NCBI RefSeq assembly: GCF_001194135.2
Contig: NC_068983.1
Span: 118,835,519 to 118,899,518, forward strand
Origin: Octopus bimaculoides
Lineage: Eukaryota
Length of the DNA stretch: 64,000 nucleotides
Reading direction: 5' to 3'
The number at the start of each line of letters is the position of its first letter. Position 1 is the stretch's first letter. The notes beneath the pieces were generated by a model. It was not told the DNA's origin, made no database searches, and worked only from the letters and a program-made list of their open reading frames with translations. Both the position numbers and the translations under genes were made by a program. Shown piece by piece: positions 52,147-64,000 of the stretch.

Positions 52147-52508
52147 TCTTTTACTTGTTTCAGTCATCAGATAGCGGCCATGCTGGGGCACCGCTTTGAA
52201 GAATTTTAGCCAAGCAAATCGACCCCAGTGCTTATTTTTTAAAAAAGCTTAATACTTATACTATCGGTCCTTTTTGCTAAACCACTAAGTTACAGGGATG
52301 AAAAACACAAAGACCGGTTGTCAAGCGGTAAGTGGGAGGGACAAACACAGACACAAAGACTCATACATAGACATATAGTTATATATAACGACATGCTTCT
52401 TTAAGTTTCCGTCTACCAAATCCATCCACGAGGCCCGAGACTATAGGAGGAGACACTTTCCCAAGGTGTCACGCTGTGGAACTGAACTTGTAACCATGTG
52501 GTTGGGAG
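52147..52508 (-). mobile_element. SINE family 2, degraded near-full copy
   Basis: Collinear with 57397-57898. Confidence 0.85.
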
Positions 52509-52726
52509 GTTTCATAAAATATTTTTTTTTATTGAAATTCATTAAAAGACACCTTATAATGCGAACCCCATGATTTATAATAGCTGTCTTTGAGTTTACG
52601 ATAGGTATCATAGAATTTTACTGGGTTATGGTTCGATAAGAATAACAGCAATAAAAATAACCATGTCTATTCCAATTGATACACTAGAAATAAATGTTTC
52701 TCATTTATTTGATAAATGTGATGCTC

Positions 52727-52928
52727 TAAGGCGGCGAGCTGGCAGAAACGTTAGCACGTCGGTCGAAATGCTTAGTGGTATTTCCCCTGTCCTTACGTTC
52801 TGAGTTCAAATTCCGCCGAGGTCGACTTTGCCTTTCATCCTTTCGGGGTCGATAAATTAAGTACCAGTTGCGTACTGGGATCGATCCCCTCCCCAAAAAT
52901 TTCGGGCCATATGCCTAGAGTAGAAAAG
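52727..52928 (+). mobile_element. SINE family 1 with TSD
   Basis: GATAAATGTGAT(G/A)CT at 52711-52725 and 52929-52943. Confidence 0.92.
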
Positions 52929-55637
52929 GATAAATGTGATACTGTCTATGTATATACCCTGGAAACATTTTATAGATGGAAATTATGAAGGCTAAGAATT
53001 AAAAATTGTGGGCATAACTTCGTTTCCTTTTGAGAACTTTTAAACTAAACTGATAATCAATGCAACATTCTATTCCAATTGATACACTAGAAATAAAGTC
53101 ATTAAGGCCGTGAACTATAGTGAGGGTTAACTTTGCCACTGATTCTTGCAGGATCGATAACCAATTTTCTTCTTTTTTGTCTTTGGTCAGTAACTGTTAT
53201 TTCCTGTTTTGCTTCTAGTTAGAAATCAAAGGAAATGACTACTATTCCCTTCAAACTTTGCTTTTGTGACCAGCGCTGAGTTGCTGAAGCAGAAATAGCG
53301 TTATAGCAAATATTCTGCTCAATACCACAAATCCGTTTGTTCGTTGCTTGACCTTAACCATTTGAGCATGTCCCTTAGTGGTTGACAATATGTGCATCTT
53401 TGATCATGAGGAAGAGTAGTGGGAAGCATCATAGCCATATGTTAAGAGGGATTCTTTGAGAGTCTGAGTCAATGTAACAAAAGCAGTATGCGGGGCATAC
53501 CCATTTTTCATACTTTCTGGGGGTAAGCAAATAGAAAATAACAGTTGCTACCCAAGGACAAACATCGTGTTACACAGTGTTATAGATGTGGAGTTTATCG
53601 TTTGTATTACTCTCTCACAATTCTTAACCTTATGATAATGTTAGAAATTATATAGCCTAGTTATAAAGTTTTGGAAATAAAGTAAATATAAAAAAAATTG
53701 GTATCATCACGTTATCAAGAAGTTTGTTTTGCTGCCGCGTACCTCCATATTCGATCTTACACTAAGTCACATTGGCAAGCGTTCTTTCACTATGCTGTAA
53801 CCTTGTGTTGTCTAATGCCTCTATTAGGGAAGAGTTTGATTGACAGAAAATGTGCGGAAAGCCATCTCTCTCTCTCTCTCTCACTCACACACACACACAC
53901 GTTTGTGAGTGTATGCGCGCACATGTGTGTGTGTGCATATATGTGCATGCGCACGCGTTAATGCATATATAGATGTATGTCAGGTTACTCTTAGAGCTAC
54001 TGGTAACGTGTAATCCAGTCAATACATGTTTCATAGTCGGACCGTCAGCGGCGAAACCAACAACCCTATTAAGCTTGCTTGATAAGATTTGTGGTTTTTG
54101 TTAGGCATCATGCAGAACGAAAAGTGAAATCAACGGCCATCCAACAGTGAGAGACTGCTAATATTTATTTAGGCATACATCTCTCTTGGATAAAGAAACT
54201 GATGAGATACTCGCGATTTGATTTGCATCAATGATGTTGATTATTTCGTCTTTTTGGGAAAAACCAAGGTTTGTTTAGAGAGTGGGATTGGCACAGTTCA
54301 AGGTCTTTCATCACTTTAAAACGCCCCAGGCACAGGCATTGTTTGATTTTTAACATTTCCATTAAGTTCTTTAGTATGTGTTGCATACTATGACTGGCCG
54401 TTGATGAAAAAGGCCAAACAGTTAATAATAAATTGCATGATAGTATGTATGCATGCGACTATGTATTTATTCCAGAACGGTCTTTTTTCCGGATGGCATT
54501 GTATATTGTTTTTGCGACAACGTCATGTTGCACAGGGAGGTAGTACCTTGAAGACATTTGCGGGCAGCTGCTAATCACGTGCGATGTCTTCCATAGAAAT
54601 ATGACATATGTATGTATATGTGTTTGTAGGAATGTGTGTATGAGTGTGTCTCGTGTTAGCGATTATGCTTATCGATATAAACAAATGTACTGTATAATTT
54701 CAAAAAACAATAACTTAGCATTTCGATAAATTGTCTACAATACAATGAATACCAAGACTTAAAAATAAATACTGAAGGTCTCTATGATATACTAAATCTC
54801 TCGAACGCGGCACACCGGCATGGTCGCATCCCTATGATTAAAACCAGTAAAATAATTTCAAAACATGATTGTGACAAATCTGTTATTTCATAATTCTACA
54901 AGTTTTGCATGCAAGTATCGGGATTTGTCAATGAACTATTTCTTCCAGCCTGTGGTATTTGAGATGTTTGGATGGGGGATGAACTGCTGACAGCGAAGTT
55001 CTTGTCATCGTGGGTGGCTCATCTTACCGAAGTGAAGGTACTTGGCTGTTTCAACGCCTTAGTCTCGCCATCGCCCGCGATAATGCTGCCAGCGTGTTGG
55101 CTTGCTTCAGTAGGTTCCGTTGAACCTTGTGGTGTGCGACATTAATGTTTAGTTGATGTTTCTTTTCTTTCTTTTCCTTTCTTTCTCTCTTTTTTTTTTG
55201 TTTTGCTCTTCGTTTTCTTCTATCTTCGTTCATGTTTGTGTTTTCTTCAGATTCTGGATTTGTATTTTAACGTAGTTTTGTATTATATATGTACCATATA
55301 CGAACGTGTTATATAAGTAAATATTAAATTATCTAAATTTTCATTTAAAAAATTCCCACTTCTCAAAAAAAAGGTAAAAAAAACCGCTTTGTTAAACAGA
55401 AAAATAGTTATAAACATTCATTCTCTACGCACTATTTAACACTCGCTGCATTGAATAATTAAATTTCCCATCTCTTAGCATGGCTTCATAAGACTTTTTT
55501 GTATTTGATAAATTGATTTTAAATCTGAAAGGTCAAGTTCTGACACATGATTGAATACATGAAGGTAAAGGGAAAAATTATATTCTATCCCTGACAAGAT
55601 CTATGTATTTTCAAAATTTATATAAATATTGGTTTCA

Positions 55638-55815
55638 AATTATGGCACAAGGCCAGCAAATTGGGTGAAGGGTCCTCAACTAGAACTCAACTCAACTCAG
55701 CTATCGACCCTGAAAGTGATAAAAGGAAGAGTTGAACTCGATAGAATTTGAACTCAGAACGGATAAAAATGCCACTAAGCTTCTAGTGCTAACGATTCTG
55801 CCAGCTCTCCGTCCT
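55638..55815 (-). mobile_element. SINE family 1, degraded
   Basis: GGCACAAGGCCAGC...TTTGAACTCAGAACG...GCTAACGATTCTGCCAGCTC. Confidence 0.75.
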
Positions 55816-57396
55816 AAAACTACCTACTAATTAAAACTGAATATATCTGCCTTGTTAATTGATTAATCACGGTTATTATTAAAAGTTTTGTTTGTGTATG
55901 ACTTAAACTTTCAGAGTTTATGTGTACATTTTGATACCCTTTTACATCTCATTTCACATGTGAAATACCTAAAAATAGCGATGAAAAATAAAAAGAACAG
56001 CTTGTTTGCATAATATCTGTTTATTTTCTATAGACTCTAGAAATAAATACAAAAAGTAAAATAAAACTGTTGTATGTAAAGTAAACTATACATCTAACTG
56101 TTAGATCTTTCAGTTATTGTTGTTGCTGTAGTGTTATATACTGTTAAGTATATATCGAGGAGATTAACTTTCTGACAATCCTGCCAATTTAATTTTTTAG
56201 GAAGGAAGTAGAAATGAGAGTATTTTCATTGCCTAACGGAGAGATTTAACTCTATGCTGCAATTTAAAAAGTTAGCTTTAGCTTTGAAGGAAACATCTTG
56301 AAAGATGACGACGACTCCTCACAGTTTCATCGATTATTCCTGATAAGGACAATCCTGTAACCGGAATGGCGATTAAGGAGAATGCTTTGCGAAGAATGGT
56401 TTTGAGTTGAGGAAGACTGCACTTATTTGGTTTTCAAGTGATTCTTCCTGTGGCAAGGAGAATTTCTAGGACCGTATGTATTATATATGGGTTACAGTGA
56501 GCTACCAGTCTGGCTTGGAATCGTTATTCCACGTTGTATGTATGTATGTATGTATGTATGTATGTATGTATGTATGTATGTATGTATGTATGTATGTATT
56601 ATGTATGTATTATGTATGTATATACCTATGTGTGTGTGTGCGTGCATGTGTGTGTGTGTATGTGAGTATGTATGTCATTATTCAGTTTTGTTTCCAGATT
56701 TCTTGCCAATATATGTATATATGTATGTATACATGCATGAAAGCATGTATGCATTAATACATGAATGTATGTATGTATTTATGCATGTATGCATGTAAAT
56801 GAGTGAGTGAGTGTGTGAGTTATTGAATGAGTGACCGAGTGAGTGAGTGAACGAGTGAATGAGTGACCGAGTGAGTGAGTGAACGAGTGAGTGAGCCTGC
56901 GAGTGAATGATTTTTTTTCTATTTTCCTTTGCAGAATTCATGTCACTCACGAACAAAGAAGTAAGACTCTTTTAAATCAAGACAGCACTTGAAGGTTTGT
57001 GGTTATCTGTAGTAGTTGATGCGGGCATATATGGTTCAGTGTTGAGTATATGTGCGTGCGTGTGTGTATTCCATATGTATATGTGATTGTGTGCATGTGT
57101 TCGCTCAGGAGCCGAAAACGATAAAACCCCTAATTTTATAAATTTTCACTGTACCTGCATTCAATTATATTTGAAGAAATTGAATGAGTTTGAGATGCTC
57201 TTTTTTTGAACATTTCTAGGTTCTTATCCATATTTATCATTACGTAACCTTATGTACCAGTAATAAGAGGAAAAAATGAAAATCTTTCACCTGATCTGAG
57301 AGCTGTAGTTTTCTTATTAGTTCTTCATAGATGTTACTCCTCTTCCCCAACTACTGATGAAATATTCACAGACAATAGAGAACGGTTCTCTACAAC

Positions 57397-57677
57397 ACTC
57401 TTTTACTCTTTTACTCTTTTACTTGTTTCAGTCATTTGACTATGGCCATGCTGGAGCACCGCCTTTAGTCGAGCAAATCGACCCCAGGACTTATTCTTTG
57501 GAAGCCTAGTACTTATTCTATCGGTCTCTTTTGCTGAACCGCTAGTTTAAGGAGACGTAAACACACCAGCATCGGTTGTCAATCGATGTTGGGGGGGGGG
57601 GGCAAACACAAATACACAAACATCACCAGCATGACCGCAGCCACTTGGCTGAAACACATAAATAAATAAATAAATAA

Positions 57678-57726
<49 letters not shown>

Positions 57727-57898
57727 CATATGCATATATACGACGGGCTTCTTTCAGTTTACGTCTACCAAATCCACTCACAAGACTTTGGTCGGCCCGA
57801 GGCTATAGTAGAAGACACTTGCCCAAGGTGCCACGCAGTGGGACTGAACCCGGAACCATGTGGTTGGTAAGCAAGCTGCTTACCACACAGCCACTCCT
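57397..57898 (-). mobile_element. SINE family 2, full length (~500 bp including internal microsatellite)
   Basis: tRNA-like head (B-box GGGTTCAGTCCC), ACCTTGGGCAAGT block reminiscent of the CORE domain, internal (TA)/(CA) tract and (GTAAAAGA)n tail on the minus strand. Confidence 0.93.
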
Positions 57899-57924
57899 CA
57901 GTGCATGATTTTTCTTTCTTTTTT

Positions 57925-58500
57925 CTTTTTTGTCCTGTACAACAATATCTGGCTTGTTGTACTTACAATAGGTTGCTGCTTTTATCTGAATATTCCATCA
58001 GTTTTCATTATTTTTAAGGACTTGGCCACATTGTTTTTCTGTTGTGCATCTGGAATAGTTGTTAAAATAATTTTCATTGTAGACAGTTTTAGCCACAAGG
58101 GACGGTAGTAGATTGCGGAGATCTTCGGAAAGCTGTTGATGATATAGGTGATATCTTCCATACTAGTATGGCACAATGAGTACATTCTATCATGGTGCAC
58201 ATATCTAGAGCCTTATCTCTCTTGATGATCTGGTATTTAGTAGCTACTGCCTATTCTTGGATAGCAAAAATATAGCATTCTAAGTAAGATATGCGGTATT
58301 TGTCCCAGTTCCAAGAGAGGGCAGTTTTCTTGTCCATGAGGATAGTATTCTCTAGCTTGCTGGAGATATACTCACGTAAAAGTTTCTGTTAGTATAAAAA
58401 GTATTTCTCCTCCAAGTCTCTGTTTAAGTAGGCCAATCTAGCCACCTTTGGTCCACATGGAACAACTTAGAGAGTTCTTCGCCTAATCTCATTATCTTTT
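57925..58500 (-). mobile_element. R4/Dong-clade C-terminal fragment (post-RT, CCHC region, REL)
   Basis: LECYIFAIQE*AVATKYQ, SMEDITYIINSFPKISAIYYRPL, IKAATYCKYNKPDIVVQDKK. Confidence 0.75.
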
Positions 58501-58741
58501 TACCTTCGTAGTTGAGTTTACACCTGATGCGTACATACATGAATGTATGTATGTATGTATGTATGTATGTATGTATGTATGTATGTATGTATGTATGTAT
58601 AAATGCATGCATGTAAATATGAATATGTATCAAGATAACTGTAATACACACATAAATACATATACATATGCGTATACACGCATATACATGTTTATATTGT
58701 AAATAACATAGTGAATTGAATTAGGACTGACATGCAAATTA

Positions 58742-61021
58742 CACTGGTCAACAAGTATTTTTCCTCAAGTATATGTCAAGGTGTACCTAGTGTAGTTTGT
58801 AATGCTGATTTCAAATATACAATTAGTTTTTTGACATCACATACACTTTTCAAGATGAGAAAGATTTTTGGCTTTAGCTCATGCATTATATAGAAATTCC
58901 AATTAATGACGTGTATGCATGTATTTCATTTACATCATGGAAATATACCTCTAAAATAAACTACTTATTCATTGCTGCATAGTTCTGATGCAATATTTCA
59001 TCATCTTAAATTAACCAATCACGTTTTGTTTGATGAAATAGGTATTTCAACATCTCAAACTGTCCAGTCATAATTGGTCTGATGAAATATTTCATCATTT
59101 CAAATGATAAAATATAAGTATAACCGTTTGTATCTATTTCCTTAGATGTTTTGCAGTATTAACAATGTCAAGACAGTGTAGAAATCATCCCGATGTGTTT
59201 TCTTATGTCTGTGGATAATTCATTATAAAAGCTCGAAAACGCACAATAACACCAGAGATGAAGAAACTTTATAAGCTATACTTTGATTGTCCTCTTGCAG
59301 ATCAGGACATGTTATGGGCACCACATTTTATCTGCTCAACTTGCTCAAATGGCGTACGTGGCTAGTTCAATAAGAAGTCCATGCCTTTTGCCATTCCAAT
59401 GATACAGAGGGAGTCGAAAGACCATTTTAATGACTGTTATTTTTGAAAAATAAATGTCACAAGATTTTCTATGAACAATAAAAAAAAGTTGTGTATCTCA
59501 ATTTGGATTCTGCAATGAGACCTGTGCCTTACAATGGAAGTCTGCCATTTCTAGTTCCACCAGATGATGTTATTGAAATATCAGATGATGATGCTGACTG
59601 CCACGATAGCGCTATTGAGGAAGATTACGTGGCTGATGATGATAGCGTTGAACCTCAGAAATTTTCCCAAACTGAACTGAATGACCTTGTCAAAGACCTA
59701 TCCCTCTCAAACGATAAAGATGAAGCAGAACTGTTGGCATCAAGAAGGAGAAGTATCTGCCAGAACACGGTGTTCGTATAACTTATTTTCGGCAGAGAAA
59801 TGTGGTTCTATAAACGTGTTTTTCTGTAGACGGACAGTTTTGCTTTTGCAGTAACATCGATGGTCTTTTCGAATGTTTATCACAAAATCATGATCCTGCA
59901 GAGTGGTGTTTGTTATTTACTCTTCAAAACGAAGTTTAAAAGCTGTACTTTTCCATAATGGTAATTTGAAGTCCTCCATTCCTGTTGCATACTCCGTTCA
60001 TCTTCATGAATCATATGAGAATATGGAACTTTTACTTCAAGCGAATCAAACTGCAGACAAGAACATCATACTAGCCTGGATTGTCTAGTGTCAAGAATAC
60101 ATCTCTTGTAGATCCATGTAATGTCCTGTTGCCTCCTTTACACATAAAGCTTGAACTGATGAAAATTTCTATTGCCTTCTTTACACATAAAGCTTGGACT
60201 GATGAAATAGTTTGTAAAGACACTAAGGAAGAGAAATGCCAGAGCGTTTGAGCATATTGTAGAAATGTTTCCCCAAATCACACAAGCGAAGTTGAAAGAG
60301 GGTATCTTTGTCGGACCCCAAATTAGAGAAGTACTCAAAGATGTCAACTTCAAAACAACACTGGATCATCTGGAACTGCCTGCCTGGAATTCTTTCAAAT
60401 GGATCTGTGAGAATTTCTTGGACAAGAAGAAGGCAAAGGACTACAAGGATGGCATCAAGAATCTTCTGAAATGTTATTCAGCAATGGGTTGACGTATGTC
60501 TCTGAAAGTTCATTTCTTGGAATCCCATCTGGATTTCTTCGCAGATAACCTTGGAACAGCGTCTGATGAACACGGTGAAAGATTACACCAGGACATTAGT
60601 GCTATGGAGAAATAGTACCAAGGTTTCTGGAATGATAGTATGCTGGCTGACCACTGCTGGACACTTTACCGTGATCAACCAGATCAGGAACACCGCAGGA
60701 AATCCAAATCATAATGTTTCTAACTCTGTTCTAACTTTGTCTGTTTTGTCTGACCCATTTTTTTGTGTATTCACTCTTTGTAGAATGATAGTGGTGATTT
60801 TTAACACAATAAACTCATTTACTTTCTAAAAATAATGTCTTTATTTATTACGTCAATGATTTCATATATACAAATATGTAAATATTTGCATTATCTACTG
60901 AAGACCTAATATGTACTGCATACAAATGGAGTGACATTTTGAAACCAGCATGAAAAATTAGTGTAAAAGAGTTAGTTTGTATTCAGAATGAGTATAATAC
61001 ATTTAATTTTGCTAACCAGTG
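58742..61021 (+). mobile_element. Full-length Chapaev3-type (CMC superfamily) DNA transposon, decayed transposase
   Basis: Termini CACTGGTCAACAA (58742) and TTGCTAACCAGTG (ends 61021), with TTA on both sides. Transposase from ATG 59165 to ~60715: CRNHPDVFSYVCG, DQDMLWAPHFICSTC, KDHFNDCYF, SSKRSLKAVLFHNGN, LHIKLGLMK, KLKEGIFVGPQIR, SDEHGERLHQDI. Several frameshifts and a central deletion. Confidence 0.88.
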
Positions 61022-61036
61022 TTATGAGAAAAATTA

Positions 61037-61070
<34 letters not shown>

Positions 61071-61432
61071 NNNNNNNNNNNNNNNNNNNNNNNNNNNNNN
61101 NNNNNNNNNNNNNNNNNNNNNNNNNNNNNNNNNNNNNNNNNNNNNNNNNNNNNNNNNNNNNNNNNNNNNNNNNNNNNNNNNNNNNNNNNNNNNNNNNNNN
61201 NNNNNNNNNNNNNNNNNNNNNNNNNNNNNNNNNNNNNNNNNNNNNNNNNNNNNNNNNNNNNNNNNNNNNNNNNNNNNNNNNNNNNNNNNNNNNNNNNNNN
61301 NNNNNNNNNNNNNNNNNNNNNNNNNNNNNNNNNNNNNNNNNNNTATATATATATATATATATATATATGCATATTTATATAAACATATATTACATATATA
61401 TGTGTATGTGTATATATTTATATATGTGAGTA

Positions 61433-61510
<78 letters not shown>

Positions 61511-61914
61511 CCAGACAGACAGACAGCCAGACAGCCAGACAGACAGACAGACAGAGAGAGCATGTGTGTAATTGGGTGTCGCTGGATATATTTTTCATAC
61601 CTAAAGGTCTTTTTCTGACTGAGGTCGTCGAAAGTAATCACCGATGAGTCTGAAATAATAATTAGAAATGTAAACCAAACGAAATGCTTAAATACGAGGA
61701 GATTATCCTATTTACCAACCCAATTACAAGAAACTCAAGAAAGCTTAAATTAACAATTACTGAACACATACACACACACACACGTATAGCATTTGCTAAT
61801 TTAGGTTAATCTTGGGTATACATATGTACATACATACACACATACACACATATATAGTATTTCTCAATGTAGGTTAATCTTGGGTACACACAGACACGCA
61901 CCTATACACACATA

Positions 61915-62079
61915 GACGCAGGAGTGGCTGTGTGATAAGAAGCTTGCTTCCCAACCACAGGCTTCCAGGTACAGTCCCACTGCGTGGTGCCTTCGGCTAG
62001 TGTTTTCACCTATAGCCTCGGACCGACGAAAATTTTGTGAGTAGATTTGGTAGACGGAAACTGAACGGAGCTCGTCGTA
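61915..62079 (+). mobile_element. SINE family 2, 5' half
   Basis: GCAGGAGTGGCTGTGTGATAAG...GATTTGGTAGACGGAAACTG, then (CA)n. Confidence 0.85.
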
Positions 62080-62086
62080 TATAAAT

Positions 62087-62149
<63 letters not shown>

Positions 62150-62272
62150 CATATTGGAAGGTTTGGAGGTGATGTACAGGAATTATATTATAGAAAAAAA
62201 TTAAGGTACTCAGAAATCTGGATGGTTGTACATTTACAGATTTTTATTAATATGTCACATGTTTTATAAATC

Positions 62273-62305
<33 letters not shown>

Positions 62306-62829
62306 TACACATACATACATACACATATATATATATATGCGTGTGTGTGTATTTTTACCAAGCCCATCGGTATGAAAGCACTATTATTGGTGGAGAACTT
62401 ATTTAAAAGCTCATATATATTTATAAACATAATTAAGGGATCAGCAATTATTTGCTTCACCATATACCGAAATATATACATCAAGTTAGAAAACTGAGAG
62501 ATCTAATGGATACAAATTGATTTATTAATTAACCAACATATTCAGCAACAATTGTTTCATTATACAAACAAAATTAAAATTACAAAACATATGAAGATAA
62601 ATAATTTTACATTTTGAATACCTTGTAAGGAAATCATTAGGGCGTGCAGAGAACAATAAGGATTACATTAGGTTACTTTAGGAATATACATGCATGTTTA
62701 CTATGTGTGTGTGTGTGTATGTGTGTGTACGCATGTGTTAAGATTATTCCTTTTATTTCATTTCAATGATGATGATGAGGATGATGACGATGATGATGAT
62801 GATAACAATAATAATAACGATGACGCTGC

Positions 62830-63908
62830 ATGGGACGCTACCCTCTAATGCAAACGTAAACAGATTGTATACGAAGAGAAAGAATGATGGCTGACGACTA
62901 ATTAGTATAGACCATTGTATAAGGAGTGAAAGGAGAACACTTGCCGAGTATTTGATAAATATTGATGAAGACATGCTGTAATATGTCGCTAAAAATATGG
63001 GTGGAAATGCAGATGAAACGATGGGCAAGGCAGAGTTTAACCAAAGAGCTGAGAAGAGAAAAGAAGACCTTCTTGAAATGAGAATGCATGGACAGTTTGA
63101 AAGGAATTCACAGGACGTTAAGGATAATACAGCATCGAGGGCATGGCTTGAGCGAGGTGATTTGAAACGTACCACCGAAAGACTGATCAATGCTGTACAA
63201 GACCAGGCTCTCGCTACAAATTCAGTGAAGTATAACATCTATAAAACTTCGGACACCCAGGAATGTAGACGCTGTGGAAAAAGTGTGGAAAATGTGATCG
63301 ACTTGGTAAGTGGATGTGAGAGCCTTGCACAAAAAGAATACAAGTGCCGCCACGATAAAATGTGTCCGTATCTTCATTGGTTCTTATGCCGTAAATACCA
63401 ATACGAAGTAACAGAGAACAGGTATGAGCATGTACGAAGTAAAGTTATGCAGAATGATGGAAATGTAACGATACTCTGGGACTATGATTTTCAGACGGAT
63501 CGTGTAATCGAACACTGTCGGCCGGATATTGTCATATTGAATAAGAGAGAAAAATACTGTCAGATCATTATGTAGCCATACCAAATGACGTGAATATTGT
63601 GAGTAAAGAGGTTGAAAAAATCACCAAGTACTCCGAATTGAAAGTGAAAATGACAAGACTGTATGGAATGCGAGAGGGTAGTGTAAAAGTGATACCAGTG
63701 GTGATCGGAGCGTTGGGTTCAATCCCATTCAAACTTCAAAACTTCTTAAGGCAGCTGGAAATCCCATGCAAGATTGATTTCTTGCAAAAAGTAACCTTAT
63801 TGGGCAAAGTGCACATCTTAAGGAAAGTATTATCTGTCTGAGGTTCTTGTCGTGACTTGGCAGATGACTAAAGACTCCAGTGCATTTTTACCGACACTGT
63901 TACGAAGG
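62830..63908 (+). mobile_element. 5'-truncated R4/Dong-clade retrotransposon: CCHC knuckle + REL endonuclease + 3' UTR
   Basis: MHGQF, QDQALATN, CRRCGKSVENVIDLVSGC, RHD, ILWD, RPDIVI, IPND.N...KEVEKITKYSEL, VIPVVIGALG, LQKVTLLG..HILRKVL*. One frameshift near 63575. Followed by (AAT)n to the end of the window. Confidence 0.93.
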
Positions 63909-63926
63909 AATAATAATAATAATAAT

Positions 63927-64000
<74 letters not shown>
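63909..64000. repeat. (AAT)n tail or target microsatellite
   Basis: Read directly. Confidence 0.97.

Noticed and set aside
56805-56905. (GAGT)n-rich tract as an interstitial telomere
   Set aside because: It is a degenerate tetranucleotide repeat with a ~32-bp internal duplication, not TTAGGG.

Overview
Eukaryotic, AT-rich, repeat-dominated window from a gapped short-read assembly. Most N-runs sit against microsatellites. The SINE repertoire and microsatellite density suggest an octopod cephalopod such as Octopus (inference, not database-confirmed). I recognise no intact host protein-coding gene, true tRNA/rRNA gene or CRISPR array, and most long ORFs in the supplied track are artefacts of N-runs and simple repeats. 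Recognisable content is mostly decayed mobile DNA: three Tx1/L1-clade LINE remnants, six R4/Dong-clade non-LTR fragments, a full-length Chapaev3-type DNA transposon (CACTGG termini, TTA duplication), a 5' mariner fragment, a fold-back mariner built from two 5' ends, a maT-like transposase, non-autonomous Helitron ends, a long-TIR MITE and about 25 copies of three tRNA-derived SINE families, several with clear TSDs. The most interesting non-TE structure is a ~5.4 kb tandem array (about 30.2-35.6 kb) of four diverged units. Their plus-strand translation fragments fall in the order and spacing of an ionotropic glutamate-receptor/IR-like channel, but they are broken across frames, so this is a hypothesis only.
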